Source: Eledone cirrhosa
Lineage: Eukaryota
NCBI GenBank assembly: GCA_964016885.1
Contig: OZ024743.1
Span: forward strand, 87,296,001-87,360,000
Reading direction: 5' to 3'
Length of the DNA: 64,000 nucleotides
The position numbers and the translations under genes were made by a program. Below the pieces are notes generated by a model. That model was not told the DNA's origin. It did not search any database and saw only the letters and a program-made list of their open reading frames with translations. The first letter of the stretch is position 1. The number at the start of each line of letters is the position of its first letter. This document shows, piece by piece, positions 12,622-24,637 of the stretch.

Positions 12622-13105
12622 TTTTTCTTCTTCTTCACCCACTTATTCCTGAAAGAGTCATAAGGGCAAAGACCTCAAACACTCCTTCGATTGGGTTCTG
12701 TTAGAAGCAACCATTTCCAACTGATCTGGCTGGATCCCCAAGCATGACCAGCTAAGTTCATCGATGTTATCTAACTATCTTGTTTTGGGAGGGTCTACCC
12801 CTGGGTCTCCTGCCGGTTGGTTTTTGCCCATAAAATCTTTCCAGTGATTCTTTGCTGAGACATTCTAACCACATTCCCATAGTATCGGAGCTGTGATTTC
12901 TTAATTTGGAGAAGTAGCAGCTCTACCTGGAGCGACTCTGATCTATGAGCTACACACTCTATTTTGAGTAACGTTACTCCAAAGACCCTTCAGAGGAACC
13001 CCATTTCTGCCACTTGTATTTGCAATTGTATTCTTTCAGTCATTACCTAAGATACCTGACCATTAATGAGGGTTGGCACAAATACTAAATTGAAGATGAC
13101 AATTG
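12622..13105 (-). mobile_element. RTE LINE 3' fragment (AAG-tailed family)
   Basis: (CTT)n tail at left; homologous to 15455-15945 and 54920-55800. Confidence 0.7.
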
Positions 13106-13108
13106 TGT

Positions 13109-13610
13109 TCATCATCAGTGTTTAACATCCACTTTCCACGCTAGCATGGGTTAGACGGGTTGTCTCATTTGATGCAAGTTGGATCAGATGACTGTGTCTT
13201 GTTCATATGGGACTGTTTCTGGTTAGATTTCTACAACTGGATGCTCTTCCTAACGCCAACCACATTTACAGTGTGTGCTGGGTGCTTTTTGTCGTGACTC
13301 CTACACAACCACCTTACAGTGTAGGCTGCTTGCTTTTTGCCGTGACTCCTACACAACCACGTTACAGTGTTTGCTGAGTGCTTTTTGTCTTGACTCCTAC
13401 ACAACCACCTTGTAGTGTGTACCGAGTGCTTTTTTGTATGACTCCTACACGACCACCTTGTAGTGTGTACAGATTGCTTTTTGTCATAACTCCTACATGA
13501 CCACCTTACAATGTGGATTGGGTGTTTTTTGTCGCATCTCCTACACGACCGCCTTACAGTGTGGACTGGGTGCTTTCTGTCGCGGCTCCTACGCGACCAC
13601 TTAACAGTGA
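13109..13610 (-). mobile_element. Family B element with an expanded 47-bp tandem array (about 7-8 units)
   Basis: CATCATCA tail, GGATGCTCTTCCTAACGCCAACC core, then contiguous units GGGTGCTTTTTGTCGTGACTCCTACACAACCACCTTACAGTGT. Confidence 0.85.
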
Positions 13611-14039
13611 TACTAATCTTTATTTTTTTTAAATAGTTTTGTTTCGGGTATTAGTGATTTACTTCTAATACACCATCGTTTAACGTATTCCTCGTCAGCA
13701 AAGGTTGAAAAGGTCGTTACAGTCAGTCAGTACACAAGCTGAGCTTATGACCTCTTAGGTAAGAGGGGGGGGGGGTAGTGCATCATTAATTAATTAACAT
13801 AAATATGTATATGTTAGCATGAAATAATTGCAATGTCAACTATACACTGTTAGTCTCGCGTAACAAAAAATATTTTTTTTTAATGAGAAAATAGATACTC
13901 CGTGAAAGGGAAAGTGTATGTATGTGCGTGTGATTAATATTAAAAAGGAGAGAGTGAAAGGCGAAGACGATGGAGCTGGAGATACAAGGGAGTGTATATG
14001 TGTATAAGTGAGTGGACGAGGGCGTTTGTGTGTATGCGT

Positions 14040-14098
14040 GTTACATATATATATAAATGTGTGTGTGTGTGAAAGGTGTAAGTTTGTGTGTATGTGTA

Positions 14099-14156
<58 letters not shown>

Positions 14157-14398
14157 ATGTATAAGGGCATACGTTACGGAAAGGACATAAGCGAGGGCGT
14201 ATTTCTATTTGCGTAAGGTAGATAGAATGTGCATGTGTAAGTGAGTCGGGGAATGTGTATGTGTGCGTGCATGTATACGAACATGTGTTTATACATGTCA
14301 ATGATTTAATTTGTTTTAGCCATCACGGTTAAGACCATATTGGAGCAGCATGTGCACGCTGTCGAAACTATAAAAGCTCTGCCGTCAGGCCTCGACTC

Positions 14399-14429
<31 letters not shown>

Positions 14430-14456
14430 CCTGTTTGTATGTCTTCATGTATGAAG

Positions 14457-14538
<82 letters not shown>

Positions 14539-14545
14539 ATGTGTC
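14040..14545. repeat. (AT)n/(GT)n/(AC)n microsatellite cluster
   Basis: Seen directly; explains the YIYI/HTHT ORFs. Confidence 0.95.
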
Positions 14546-14879
14546 TATGTGAGCGTAACTTTGTTTTAACAAGCAGAGACAAACAGCACCAGTATCATAG
14601 GAACTAAAACAAAGAGAGAGAAAGTAGAATATGTTTAATGAATGAGAGACAAAAAGATGATAAAACAATAGAAGTAGTCGAGATGATAATAGTTATTGTT
14701 GACTTACATTGTTCTTTTGGTCGACATCTAACGAAATATTCAATGTGACAAATATTCAATGTGATAAACCTTTTACTACTACTACTACCACTGCTGGGCC
14801 GGTGTAAAGGCTTCAAGTTACCCCCATTTTAATTTACTCCACGGTAATCTGAGATCGCTTTCATTATTTACTCTCCAGC

Positions 14880-15454
14880 AGGGCGGTGGATTGACAAAAT
14901 CGTTACGTCGAACCAAATACCTTGCGGTATTTTTTCATGGCCCTTTACTTTCCGAGTTCAAATTTTGCCACGGTCAATTTGCCTTTCATCCTTACGGAAG
15001 TTGATAAAATGAAGTACCTGTTAAGTACTGGAGTCAATTTAATCGACTTTCTTCCTCGCCCGATCAAATTGCTGGCCTTGTGCTTAAATTAGAAATAATT
15101 ATTTCCCCCCTCACCTGGAAGGGCAAACGATTAGCAGAATCGTTTGTGTGTTGGATGAAACGCATTACACTATTTCGTTACGCTCCTCTACGTTCTGGTT
15201 TCAAATCCCACAGAGGTCAACTTCGCTTTCATCCTTTCGAGGTCAATAAAACAAAGTACTAATCAAGAACAAGGTTGTGGGATATAATCGACTTTATCGG
15301 CCAGCAATTATCCCAGTACATTACTGGTGCTTTATTTTATCGACCGCATAAGGATGAAAGGCAAAGTTAACCTCGGCGGGATTTAAACTCAGAACGCAAA
15401 GGGTCATAACTCTATGCTGCAAAGCATGATGTCTGACACTCTACCGATACTGCC
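14880..15454. mobile_element. Cluster of three SINE family A copies (+,+,-)
   Basis: B boxes at about 14955 and 15198; reverse copy at 15298-15454. Confidence 0.75.
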
Positions 15455-15945
15455 ATGCGCGAACGTCAGCTCTTGGTCATCAGAAGAGAGATGGGTGTAA
15501 AATGCAAACTCGCTACCTTCAGTTTGTTGTTCGTACCATACCCATACCTATGGTTAAGGATCCTGGTTTATAACCGAAAGAATACGATCACAAATAAAAG
15601 CAATCGAAATGGGATTCTTACAAAGGGTCTTTTTTAGTAGCATTACTTGATCGGGCGTGAAGCTCGGAAATCAAAGAGTTGTTCCAGCTAGAGTCGTTAC
15701 TTCTCCGGATTGAGAGATCACAGCTTCAATACTACGGACACATGTTTAGAATGATTAAGAGAAGAATTGCTAGACAGAGACCCAGGAGTAGACCTCGAGC
15801 AAGATGGCTGGATAACATCCATGTGCTCAGCTGGTCTCGCTTGGGGATCCAACCGGATCAGTTGGAGACGGTTGTTTCTGATAGGACCCTCTGGAAAGCG
15901 TGTCTGGGGACTCATCCCCCATGATCCTCTAAGAAGAAGAAGAAC
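15455..15945 (+). mobile_element. RTE LINE 3' fragment, duplicated at 23387-23875
   Basis: IERSQLQYYGHMFRM..RPRARWLD, (AAG)n tail. Confidence 0.85.
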
Positions 15946-16036
15946 TACTTTTGTCTAACACTCATGATTCTACTAAATGAATCTGATTTGCGAAAGTGAC
16001 AAAGCAATGGAAATGAGTCAGGTTGTAACATACATG

Positions 16037-17027
16037 TATAGGGAGAATACTGGTTGTATGAATGTAACAAAACGAGACAATGTTTGTGTGTATAATATTT
16101 AATTAACGGTAGATAGTATACTTGACATGTCAAAGATAGATGTTAGAATGAAACAAAGTTAGTAGTTACCGTTTTGATTGCCAGGCAAACGCGGCTGGCA
16201 GAGGGCGCCTGGCTAAGGCCAGGCGCCTGTTGGCCAAATTAATGGCAGAGCCAAATGAGAAGACTCTTGACCTGGTGCCGAAAAGGCAAAGAGAGTCTTC
16301 TCATTTGGCTCTGCCATTAATTTGGCCAACAGGCGCCTGGCCTTAGCCAGGCGCCCTCTGCCAGCCGCGTTTGCCTGGCAATCAAAACGGTAACTACTAA
16401 CTTTGTTTCATTCTAACATCTATCTTTGACATGTCAAGTATACTATCTACCGTTAATTAAATATTATACACACAAACATTGTCTCGTTTTGTTACATTCA
16501 TACAACCAGTATTCTCCCTATATTGGTGACCCCGACGTGATGGTAACCAATTCGCTTAAATGTAAACTTTGAAGAACTCATTACTACAATATCATTGAAG
16601 TAATGAGTTCTTCAAAGTTTACATTTAAGCGAATTGGTTACCATCACGTCGGGGTCACCAATATAGTAATGATACTGGTTATATGAATGTAACAAAACGA
16701 GACAATGTTTGTGTATATAATATTTAATTAACGGTAGATAGAATACTTGACATGTCAAAGATATATGTTAGAATGAAACAAAGTTAGTAGTTACCGTTTT
16801 GATTGCCAGGCAAACGCGGCTGGCAGAGGGCGCCTGGCTAAGGCCAGGCGCCTGTTGGCCAAATTAATGGCAGAGCCAAATGAGAAGACTCTTGACCTGG
16901 TGCCGAAAAGGCAAAGAGAGAGAGGAAGCTTAAAGTTGTTAGTTTTATAGGGCTCTGACCGGAAGTTTGAGAAAGGGTTCCACCTCCCGTCTAGATCCCA
17001 ATCAAAACAAGGGAGACAACCGCTACA
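16037..17027 (-). mobile_element. Collapsed, doubly folded-back LTR element (LTR-A) with CATG target-site duplication
   Basis: CATG at 16033-16036 and 17028-17031; full LTR 16662-17027 (minus strand TGTAGC..CTATA); partial LTR copies 16037-16295 and inverted 16292-16522; empty site visible at about 23960. Confidence 0.85.
16524..16541 (+). promoter_or_regulatory. Primer-binding site complementary to tRNA-Trp 3' end; inverted copy at 16643-16660
   Basis: TGGTGACCCCGACGTGAT one base after the LTR end. Confidence 0.85.
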
Positions 17028-18823
17028 CATGTTTAGCAGATGATAAAGGTGTTTTAATGTAGTAACAAAGTTGTTAGAAGAAATAATGTAATTGTTATAA
17101 CGCCACGAGTAATCAGTTTGGTAGAAAGATGTGTTAGTCATATCGACAAACGAGTAACTTGATAACAACGTCAACAAGAAGAATGTTCGTGAGATGAAAA
17201 GTATGTTTATTTGGTGTGGCACAAAGTAATGTTTTGTTAATTGTATGATTGTAGTTCAACCTAAAAAAGGTTACAAAGGGAATGTGCCATTGTGCCAGGC
17301 AGGCCGGCAGGCCAAAGTGCAAAATCTCACCGTTACATGTTGTACGTGTTGTCCTTTCGAAGTTCAGGCAGGATGCGAGAGGCTGATTCTTCAAATCATC
17401 GCGGGGAATTTCTGCCTCAGGGCGCGTAGGGATACATTCTCTTCTACTGGCGCTGATTGGCTGAGCTGAGCCAAATCACGCACAGAGAATGTATGTGAGC
17501 CCACGGAATGTAGGTAACTATAATACTCCCCCTCTAGTCGTAAGACGATACAGATTATTGAATCAACAGGAAAAAATGCTGAAAGAGCACATCAGTGAAA
17601 AAAATAATTGAACAGAAGAATGCATGCAAGAAAAAAAATGAGGCGCTAAGGACCGTGTTGAGCCGAAGTGTCAAATGACTAGCTGTTTTTTAGTACGTGA
17701 CCACCAAGGGTCTAACAGAAAACAGATAAAGTCTGATATGGGCGAAGTTGCTGTTCTTGCATTAAATGTTAATGGTAAGTGTTGTACCAGTAGCTGTGGA
17801 TGAAGCTATTATGGTAGTTTACCAGTGCTGGCAAGAAGATGATGGGTAGGCGAGAAAATGTCGGCCTCCCAGATGTATTGCCGAAAGTGCTAGGTAGCCA
17901 GGAAAAAATGGCTGGTTGCTTTGAAAAGAAAAAAGCAAGTTGAATCTGTAGGTGGGTAGTAGTTGCAGTGTAAACTCCATAATTCTGGTGAATCCACAGA
18001 AGTGGTGGAAATGCTGACAGGTCCAGTTTCATTTGTTGTTTTCCCAGTGAGTCGGGTAAGGTAACAAGATGGAGGTTATTATGGACGATGAGTGTGCAAC
18101 GAGATGCGAAGGTGTTTGAATCCAGCTGCAATTAGCACTTCTCGTGTTGCGTGCCTGTTTGAATCCAGGCGAATTAAGCTCTAATTTAGGATATTAGTAT
18201 CAGTGTATATATATATTATCAAGAATGACAATAAATGCAGGTAAGTGTTGTGACATGGTTTTTACTTCACAGAAGTCAAATAAATTAATATAAATAATTG
18301 TTACCACATGTTGATGGTCAGTTGGTCACAACTCCCAGACTGGAGTGTGTAGAGAAGAACAGAAATCTTCTCTTGGTAAGGTTCAAGTGTTTCTTTAGGC
18401 TGCCGGCGCAGGAAGTGAGACAGGAGTCATGTCTTGACAAGGTCTGAAGTGTTCTTCTGATTGCGGCGTAGGAAGTGAGAGTTATGCCTTGATTGTCCTC
18501 AAATATATAGTCCCCAGGAGGACGCAACTCCATTTAGTACATGGATCTGCCACTGGGAGTCGCGACCGTCACAAAGGGACGCAACTCCTATACGTATCTG
18601 CCACTGGGAGTCACGACCGTCGCAAAGGGACGCAACTCCTATACGTGCTGAGTTACAGCCGTAAGGGGCCGCTACAGTACCCTCCTCCAGACGCTAGGCG
18701 AAAAGCCCGAAAGTAATTGTAGCGAACCCACAAGCATGGGCTCCCAGCACAGACATGAAATGGTAACGAAAAGGTACATGGTAATACAATAAAGAGAAAA
18801 ACAAAAAGGCTCCAGTGGCCAGT

Positions 18824-21800
18824 TCACATGAAAACAGTTTGGCAGAGTTTTTTGGGCCAGTGGACTCTTCGACCGGAACAGGTCGTAGTCTTGTATGTAG
18901 GTGAAGGTGGGGCAGAAGGAGCAGGTGTATGCACAAGAGAGAAAGGTTGGGGTATTTGTGGCTCGGGTGTATGAGCGTCATTGTATACCCTTTTTAGTCT
19001 ATCCACCGAAATTGTCTCTCTGGACCCCTTAATGACTACAGTGAAATGTTTGTCAGTACGTGCTAACACACGGTAGGGTCCAGAGTACGGTTGTGTGAGG
19101 GGTGGAGTAACCGCATCGTTTCTGACGAATACATGTGTCCACGAGGCAATATCCCTCGGGACTGCAGCTTTAATAGTTTGTTTCCTAGTATTCATGGGCG
19201 GTAAGTCCTGAAAATAGGAGCGCAAACGAGATACGTAGGAAACAGGGTCCTGGAAAGCAAGATCAACAGAGGAAAGCATTTTCCCAGGCAACGCTAGAGG
19301 AGCACCGTACAGTAATTCGGCCGGGGAGAACCCAAGGTCCTCCTTTATTGATGACCGAATTCCTAACAACACAATAGGAAGGTACTCGCTCCAACGTTGA
19401 GAGTCTGGATAGGCGCGAAGAGCGGCCTTTGATTGGCGGTGGAATCATTCCACCATTCCGTTTGAAGCAGGATGATAAGCTGTGGTCCGAATCCGTTGAG
19501 CACCAATGATCTTTGTGAGCTCAGAGAAGAGATGAGACTCAAATTGTCTACCACGGTCTGTGGTGACTGTAGTTGGTACCCCAAAGCGGGTAATCCACCC
19601 TGATACCAGGGCACGTTCTACAGTCTCAGCAGTAATATCTTTTAAGGGGATGGGTTCAGGCCATCGAGAAAAACGATCGATACAGGTCAAGAGGTACGAA
19701 TATCCACTACTGAATGGCCAAGGTCCAACGATATCAATGTGGATGTACTGAAAGTACCAAGTGGAGTCCAGATATGTCTGTGGATTTTAGATCTCTGACA
19801 CTGTGTGCAGGAACGGCACCAGACAGTAATTTCTCGCCTCATATTGGGCCAGAAAAATCTGGCCGTTATAAGCTTTACTGTGGCAGAAATTCCTGGGTGA
19901 GAAATTCTGTGCAAAGCAAGGAACACAATTCGACGGTGAGTCTAAGGAATAAATGGTCGTGGTGAATCCGTAGATACATCACATAGAATCTTCCTGTCGG
20001 TGGTCGACAAGGGCAGATATTTGAAGATGCAAGTCGCAAATTCGGCAGAAAGAGTATCCAACGATTGGAGTGCAGGTTGGTCTGCAGCTAAACGACCTAA
20101 GTTGATCTCCTGGGATGACGAGATGGAGCTGATTGGCAAACGTGACAATGCGTCTTCAGCTATGTTATGCGATCCAGCAATGTGCTAGATATCATTTGTA
20201 AATTGCGAAACGTAATCCAGGTGCCTTGTCTCTCTGGGCGAATATCTGTCGGCTTTAGCCCTCAAAGCGAAGGTCAGAGGTTTGTGGTCGGTTAAAACAG
20301 TAAAATTTCTCCCCTCAAGAATATGAGAGAAATGTTTCACCGACAGATATATGGCTAATAATTCCCGCCCAAACGTGCTGTAACGCGTTTCTGCTGGTTT
20401 CAGCTTCCTTGAGAAAAATGCCAAAGGTTGTTGGTTTCCAGCATTGTACTGCTGTAAAACTTCTCCTACAGCGGTATCAGATGTATCAACACAAAGCGAA
20501 AGCTTGGCCTCTGGTACCAGGTGGGCTAGCAATGATGAACTAGCGAGTGCTGTCTTGGCAGTCTGGAAGTCTTGAAGCTGTCCTTGTGTCAAGGAAATAT
20601 CCTCATTCTTCTTACAACGATTTTTCAAAATGTCAGTAAGGGAAGATAGCAAATTATCACAATGAGGAACGAAACACCTATAGAAATTGATTAGGCCTAA
20701 GAAGTGACGCAACTGGTGAAGTGTAGTAGGCGGAGGTAAATCTTGCATGGCTTGAACTCGCTGAGGGAGCGGCCTAATACCTTCGGCGTCGATGAGGTGG
20801 CCCAAAATGTTTAGCGAAGTGGAACCGAAAACACGCTTTGCGGGATTCACACGAACGCAGTAATCCTGAAGTCGCCGAAATAAGAGATGCATGTGGCGCA
20901 TATGCTCTTCCGGAGAGGAACTAGCGACGAGAATATCGTCTATGTAAGCATAAACGAAGTCCAGACCACGAGTGACTTCGTCTATGAACCGCTGAAAAGT
21001 GCTAGCGGCGTTCCCGAGTCCGAAAGGCATGGTAAAAAATTCGAAGGATCCGAAAGAAGTTGTAATCGCCGTTTTCGGAATATCCTCCTTCCTGAATGGA
21101 ATTTGGTGGTAGGCTCGCACTAAATCTAGTTTTGAGAAAATCTTACACCCCTGAAATGAAGATGCGAAATCCTGGAGATGGGGAATGGGATACCTATCCG
21201 GGACGGTCATAGCATTTAACTTCCTATAATCCCCAGTGGGTCTCCAGTCGCCGGAAGTCTTGGGAACCATGTGTAACGGTGAAGCCCAAGGAGTCGTAGA
21301 TGGGCGAATAATGCCCAGCTGCAGCATATGGTCGAACTCGGACAGTGCTGCCTTTAATTTGTCCGCCGGTAAGCGGCGTGGACGCGAAAACACTGGAGCA
21401 CCGGTAGTGGAAATGAAATGTTCAGTTGAGTGTGTTGGCTCAGTGACTCGAAAATTTCCATCGGTGAGCTCCGGGAAAGAACCTAACAACGAATGGTAGG
21501 CGTCTCCAGCGGCAGCGATGAAGAATATGGGATTGACTGTTGGAGCATTGGCTTTCCGGCCACGAATTGAAAAACCGATGATGTCTTCCACCAGGCGTTG
21601 GACACGGACGTCCACAGTCAAAGAGAAGTTGTGGAGGAAATACGCTCCTAAGATAGGGTATGGCAAATCGGCAACCGTAAAAATCCACTTAAAATCCCTA
21701 CGAAAATTTAGGAATTTGAGAGGAAGCGAGATTTTCCCGTACGTCTTTATAGACGAGTGATTAACGGCCTGCAGAGTAACGGATGACTCAACGGGGGTAT

Positions 21801-21954
21801 CTTTCAGGCAATGGACCGGCCAATTACTACAGGAGGCTCCTGTATCCACGAGGAAACCTCTTCCCGACCTAAGGTCCTTAATCAAGAAATGGCGGTTTGG
21901 TGGCTTTATGTTGAAGTCAACTGCCCCCATCAGCGGGCCTCTTTGGCGTTTCCC
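18824..21954 (-). pseudogene. Gypsy pol: protease, RT, RNase H, integrase with GPY/F motif; several stops and frameshifts
   Basis: [33 protein letters not shown] (LHRISHPG..CTQC), [20 protein letters not shown]. Confidence 0.95.
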
Positions 21955-22745
21955 GCCTTATGAAACGAGCAAGGTTGCACGCAGTGGTTCGCGCTCTCGG
22001 CGAATCGCTCATGGTACCAGCATAAAGATGAAGCTGGTGACTTGGAGCGGCGCCTAAAAGATTGAGATCTCCCGCGGCTGCGGGGGCGCGAACGGGCACC
22101 ACATCAGACTTTCATCTTCTGAAGCTCCAGGGCGAGTTCCTGAATGGCCTTCTGCATCGCCATAATAGCTGAGCTCTCTGTAGGAGCTGCCGCGCAGATG
22201 GCATGGCCAGGTGTGGCCTGAGGTGGTTGGGAAACAGTGGCAAGGGCTTCGCTGCCTCCAGCACCTGTGACTTCGAAAACTTTGTCCGCGGAGGCGGCAA
22301 GCTGATCCACCGTGCAAGTATCCCTAATGGGGGGGGGGGGGGCAAAATTGCCTGTACGTTGGTCGGTAGGCGCGAGAAGAACAACTGCTTCAGCATAGCA
22401 GTTTCCGCTACCGACCCCTCCGTTAGGTCCTTCATTCGCCTTAGGAGATTCGATGGGGTGCCATCACCGATATGCTCCAGATGGACCAGAGTCCTAAACC
22501 TTTTTTCTGTAGACTGTGCAGTCCGGCTGAGTATTTCAACCTTCAGAGACTTGTACGTCGCGTCGGTGGGTGTCTCTAACACCAGGTCCTTAATCGCTGG
22601 GACAAGTGCCGGCGGAATTGCACTAAGGACCAGAGGACGTTGTTGTGCCTCGTCAATTCTGTTCGCCTCAAAAAATGCTTTGAGTTGGGCGAACCATAAC
22701 CTTACGTCGCCCCTGTACGTAGGTAGAACAGAATGAGATGCCATT
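21930..22745 (-). pseudogene. Gypsy gag, frameshifted
   Basis: MASHSVLPTYRGDVRLWFAQL..; C-terminal CWYHERFAESANHCVQPC (CHCC motif). Confidence 0.85.
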
Positions 22746-23308
22746 GGTATACCGTGGGTAATCTGAAAAAAAAAAATCGTCTCCGTTTGGAAAAATGTCT
22801 CCAACACAACAGAAAAGGAAAACAAAATCGCTTATTTTTCTCTGTCAAACAACTGGACCGGAAAAAGAATGCATCCGAGACTACTTGCAAAGGAGCGACT
22901 AACCGAGCGATGTCATTAATAAGGTATAGACAGGGAATTTAAAGCTAAAACCAACATGGCGGACTATTTCGCGCCAAAAACACTATTGATGGAGAAGAAA
23001 GCCGCCATCTTGTCATCCTCAAAAATTTTAGACAGAGAAAAGAAGAAAAGGAAAAAAAAAAGAAAAAACATTCATACAATTGCTATTTGTTTGTGTGTAA
23101 ATACTTTGGATGTTCGTTTTGCACATATGAAGAGTTTGATGTTAAGTGTTACAGATAAATATATTTAGATCGGTCAATACAGCCATATCAGAATCAAGTG
23201 TGTTGTTCTGTATTAAATGTTTTTTTTTCTTTCTCTTTTTTTTTATATACACATGGTACCATTTCTCATTCTTTTTTTTTTTTTTTTAAACGTCAGGTCA
23301 CCAATTTA

Positions 23309-23963
23309 GCGGGATTTAAACTCAGAACGCAAAGGGTCATAACTCTATGCTGCAAAGCATGATGTCTGACTCTACCGATACTGCCATGCGCGAACGTCAG
23401 CTCTTGGTCATCAGAAGGGAGTTGGGTGTAAAATGCAAACTCGCTACCTTCAGTTTGTTGTTCGTACCATACCCATACCTATGGTTAAGGATCCTGGTTT
23501 ATAACCGAAAGAATACGATCACAAATAAAAACAATCGAAATGGGATTCTTACAAAGGGTCTTTTTTAGTAGCATTACTTGATAGGGCGTGAAGCTCGGAA
23601 ATCAAAGAGTTGTTCCAGCTAGAGTCGTTACTTCTCCGGATTGAGAGATCACAGCTTCAATACTACGGACACATGTTTAGAATGATTAAGAGAAGAATTG
23701 CTAGACAGAGACCCAGGAGTAGACCTCGAGCAAGATGGCTGGATAACATCCATGTGCTCAGCCGGTCTCGCTTGGGGATCCAACCGGATCAGTTGGAGAC
23801 GGTTGTTTCTGATAGGACCCTCTGGAAAGCGTGTCTGAGGACTCATCCCCCATGATCCTCTAAGAAGAAGAAGAACTACTTTTGTCTAACACTCATGATT
23901 CTACTAAATGAATCTGATTTGCGAAAGTGACAAAGCAATGGAAATGAGTCAGGTTGTAACATG
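23309..23963 (+). repeat. Direct duplicate of 15376-16030 (SINE end, RTE fragment and flank)
   Basis: Near-identical sequence with only a handful of differences; identical ORFs in the track. Confidence 0.95.
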
Positions 23964-24452
23964 TTTAGCAGATGATAAAGGTGTTTTAATGTAGTAACAA
24001 AGTTGTTAGAAGAAATAATGTAATTGTTATAACGCCACGAGTAATCAGTTTGGTAGAAAGATGTGTTAGTCATATCGACAAACGAGTAACTTGATAACAA
24101 CGTCAACAAGAAGAATGTTCGTGAGATGAAAAGTATGTTTATTTGGTGTGGCACAAAGTAATGTTTTGTTAATTGTATGATTGTAGTTCAACCTAAAAAA
24201 GGTTACAAAGGGAATGTGCCATTGTGAGAGGCAGGCCGGCAGGCCAAAGTGCAAAATCTCACCGTTACATGTTGTACGTGTTGTCCTTTCGAAGTTCAGG
24301 ATGTGAGAGGCTGATTCTTCAAATCTTCGCGAGGAATTTCTGCCACAGGGCGCGTAGGGATACATTCTCTTCTACTGGCGCTGATTGGCTGAGCTGAGCC
24401 AAATCACGCACAGAGAATGTATGTGAGCCCGCGGAATGTAGGTCACTACACA

Positions 24453-24637
24453 TGTAATAGGTTTCTCTCGAAATTTGAAACCAGGAATTATTGATTTACT
24501 TCCACGTTACATAGAGAAAAACATGACGCCAGCCAATAAACCAATGTTTGTTTGTTTTTTGTCTTCATTTTTTTTTCGTGTGATGTGAAAGCAAATCAAG
24601 TGTTCCTGGTTTCGAACCCAAACAGAAACCTATTACA
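24453..24637. mobile_element. MITE with imperfect long terminal inverted repeats
   Basis: TGTAATAGGTTTCT..GAAACCAGGAA..TTGATTT versus AAATCAA..TTCCTGGTTTC..AGAAACCTATTACA. Confidence 0.6.

Larger units (their letters stand above)
17032..24450 (-). mobile_element. Ty3/Gypsy LTR retrotransposon, CsRn1-like, decayed
   Basis: LTRs 17032-17522 and 23964-24450, CATG flanks, PPT (minus AGAGGGGGAG) at about 17526-17535, PBS (minus TGGTGACCTGACG) 23291-23303, gag-pol between. Confidence 0.85.

Noticed and set aside
13255-13610. CRISPR-like array
   Set aside because: The units are contiguous homologous 47-mers with no unique spacers, in a eukaryotic context with no cas genes.
18718-18828. Short TG..CA solo LTR
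   Set aside because: No TSD, no second copy, no PPT or PBS next to it.
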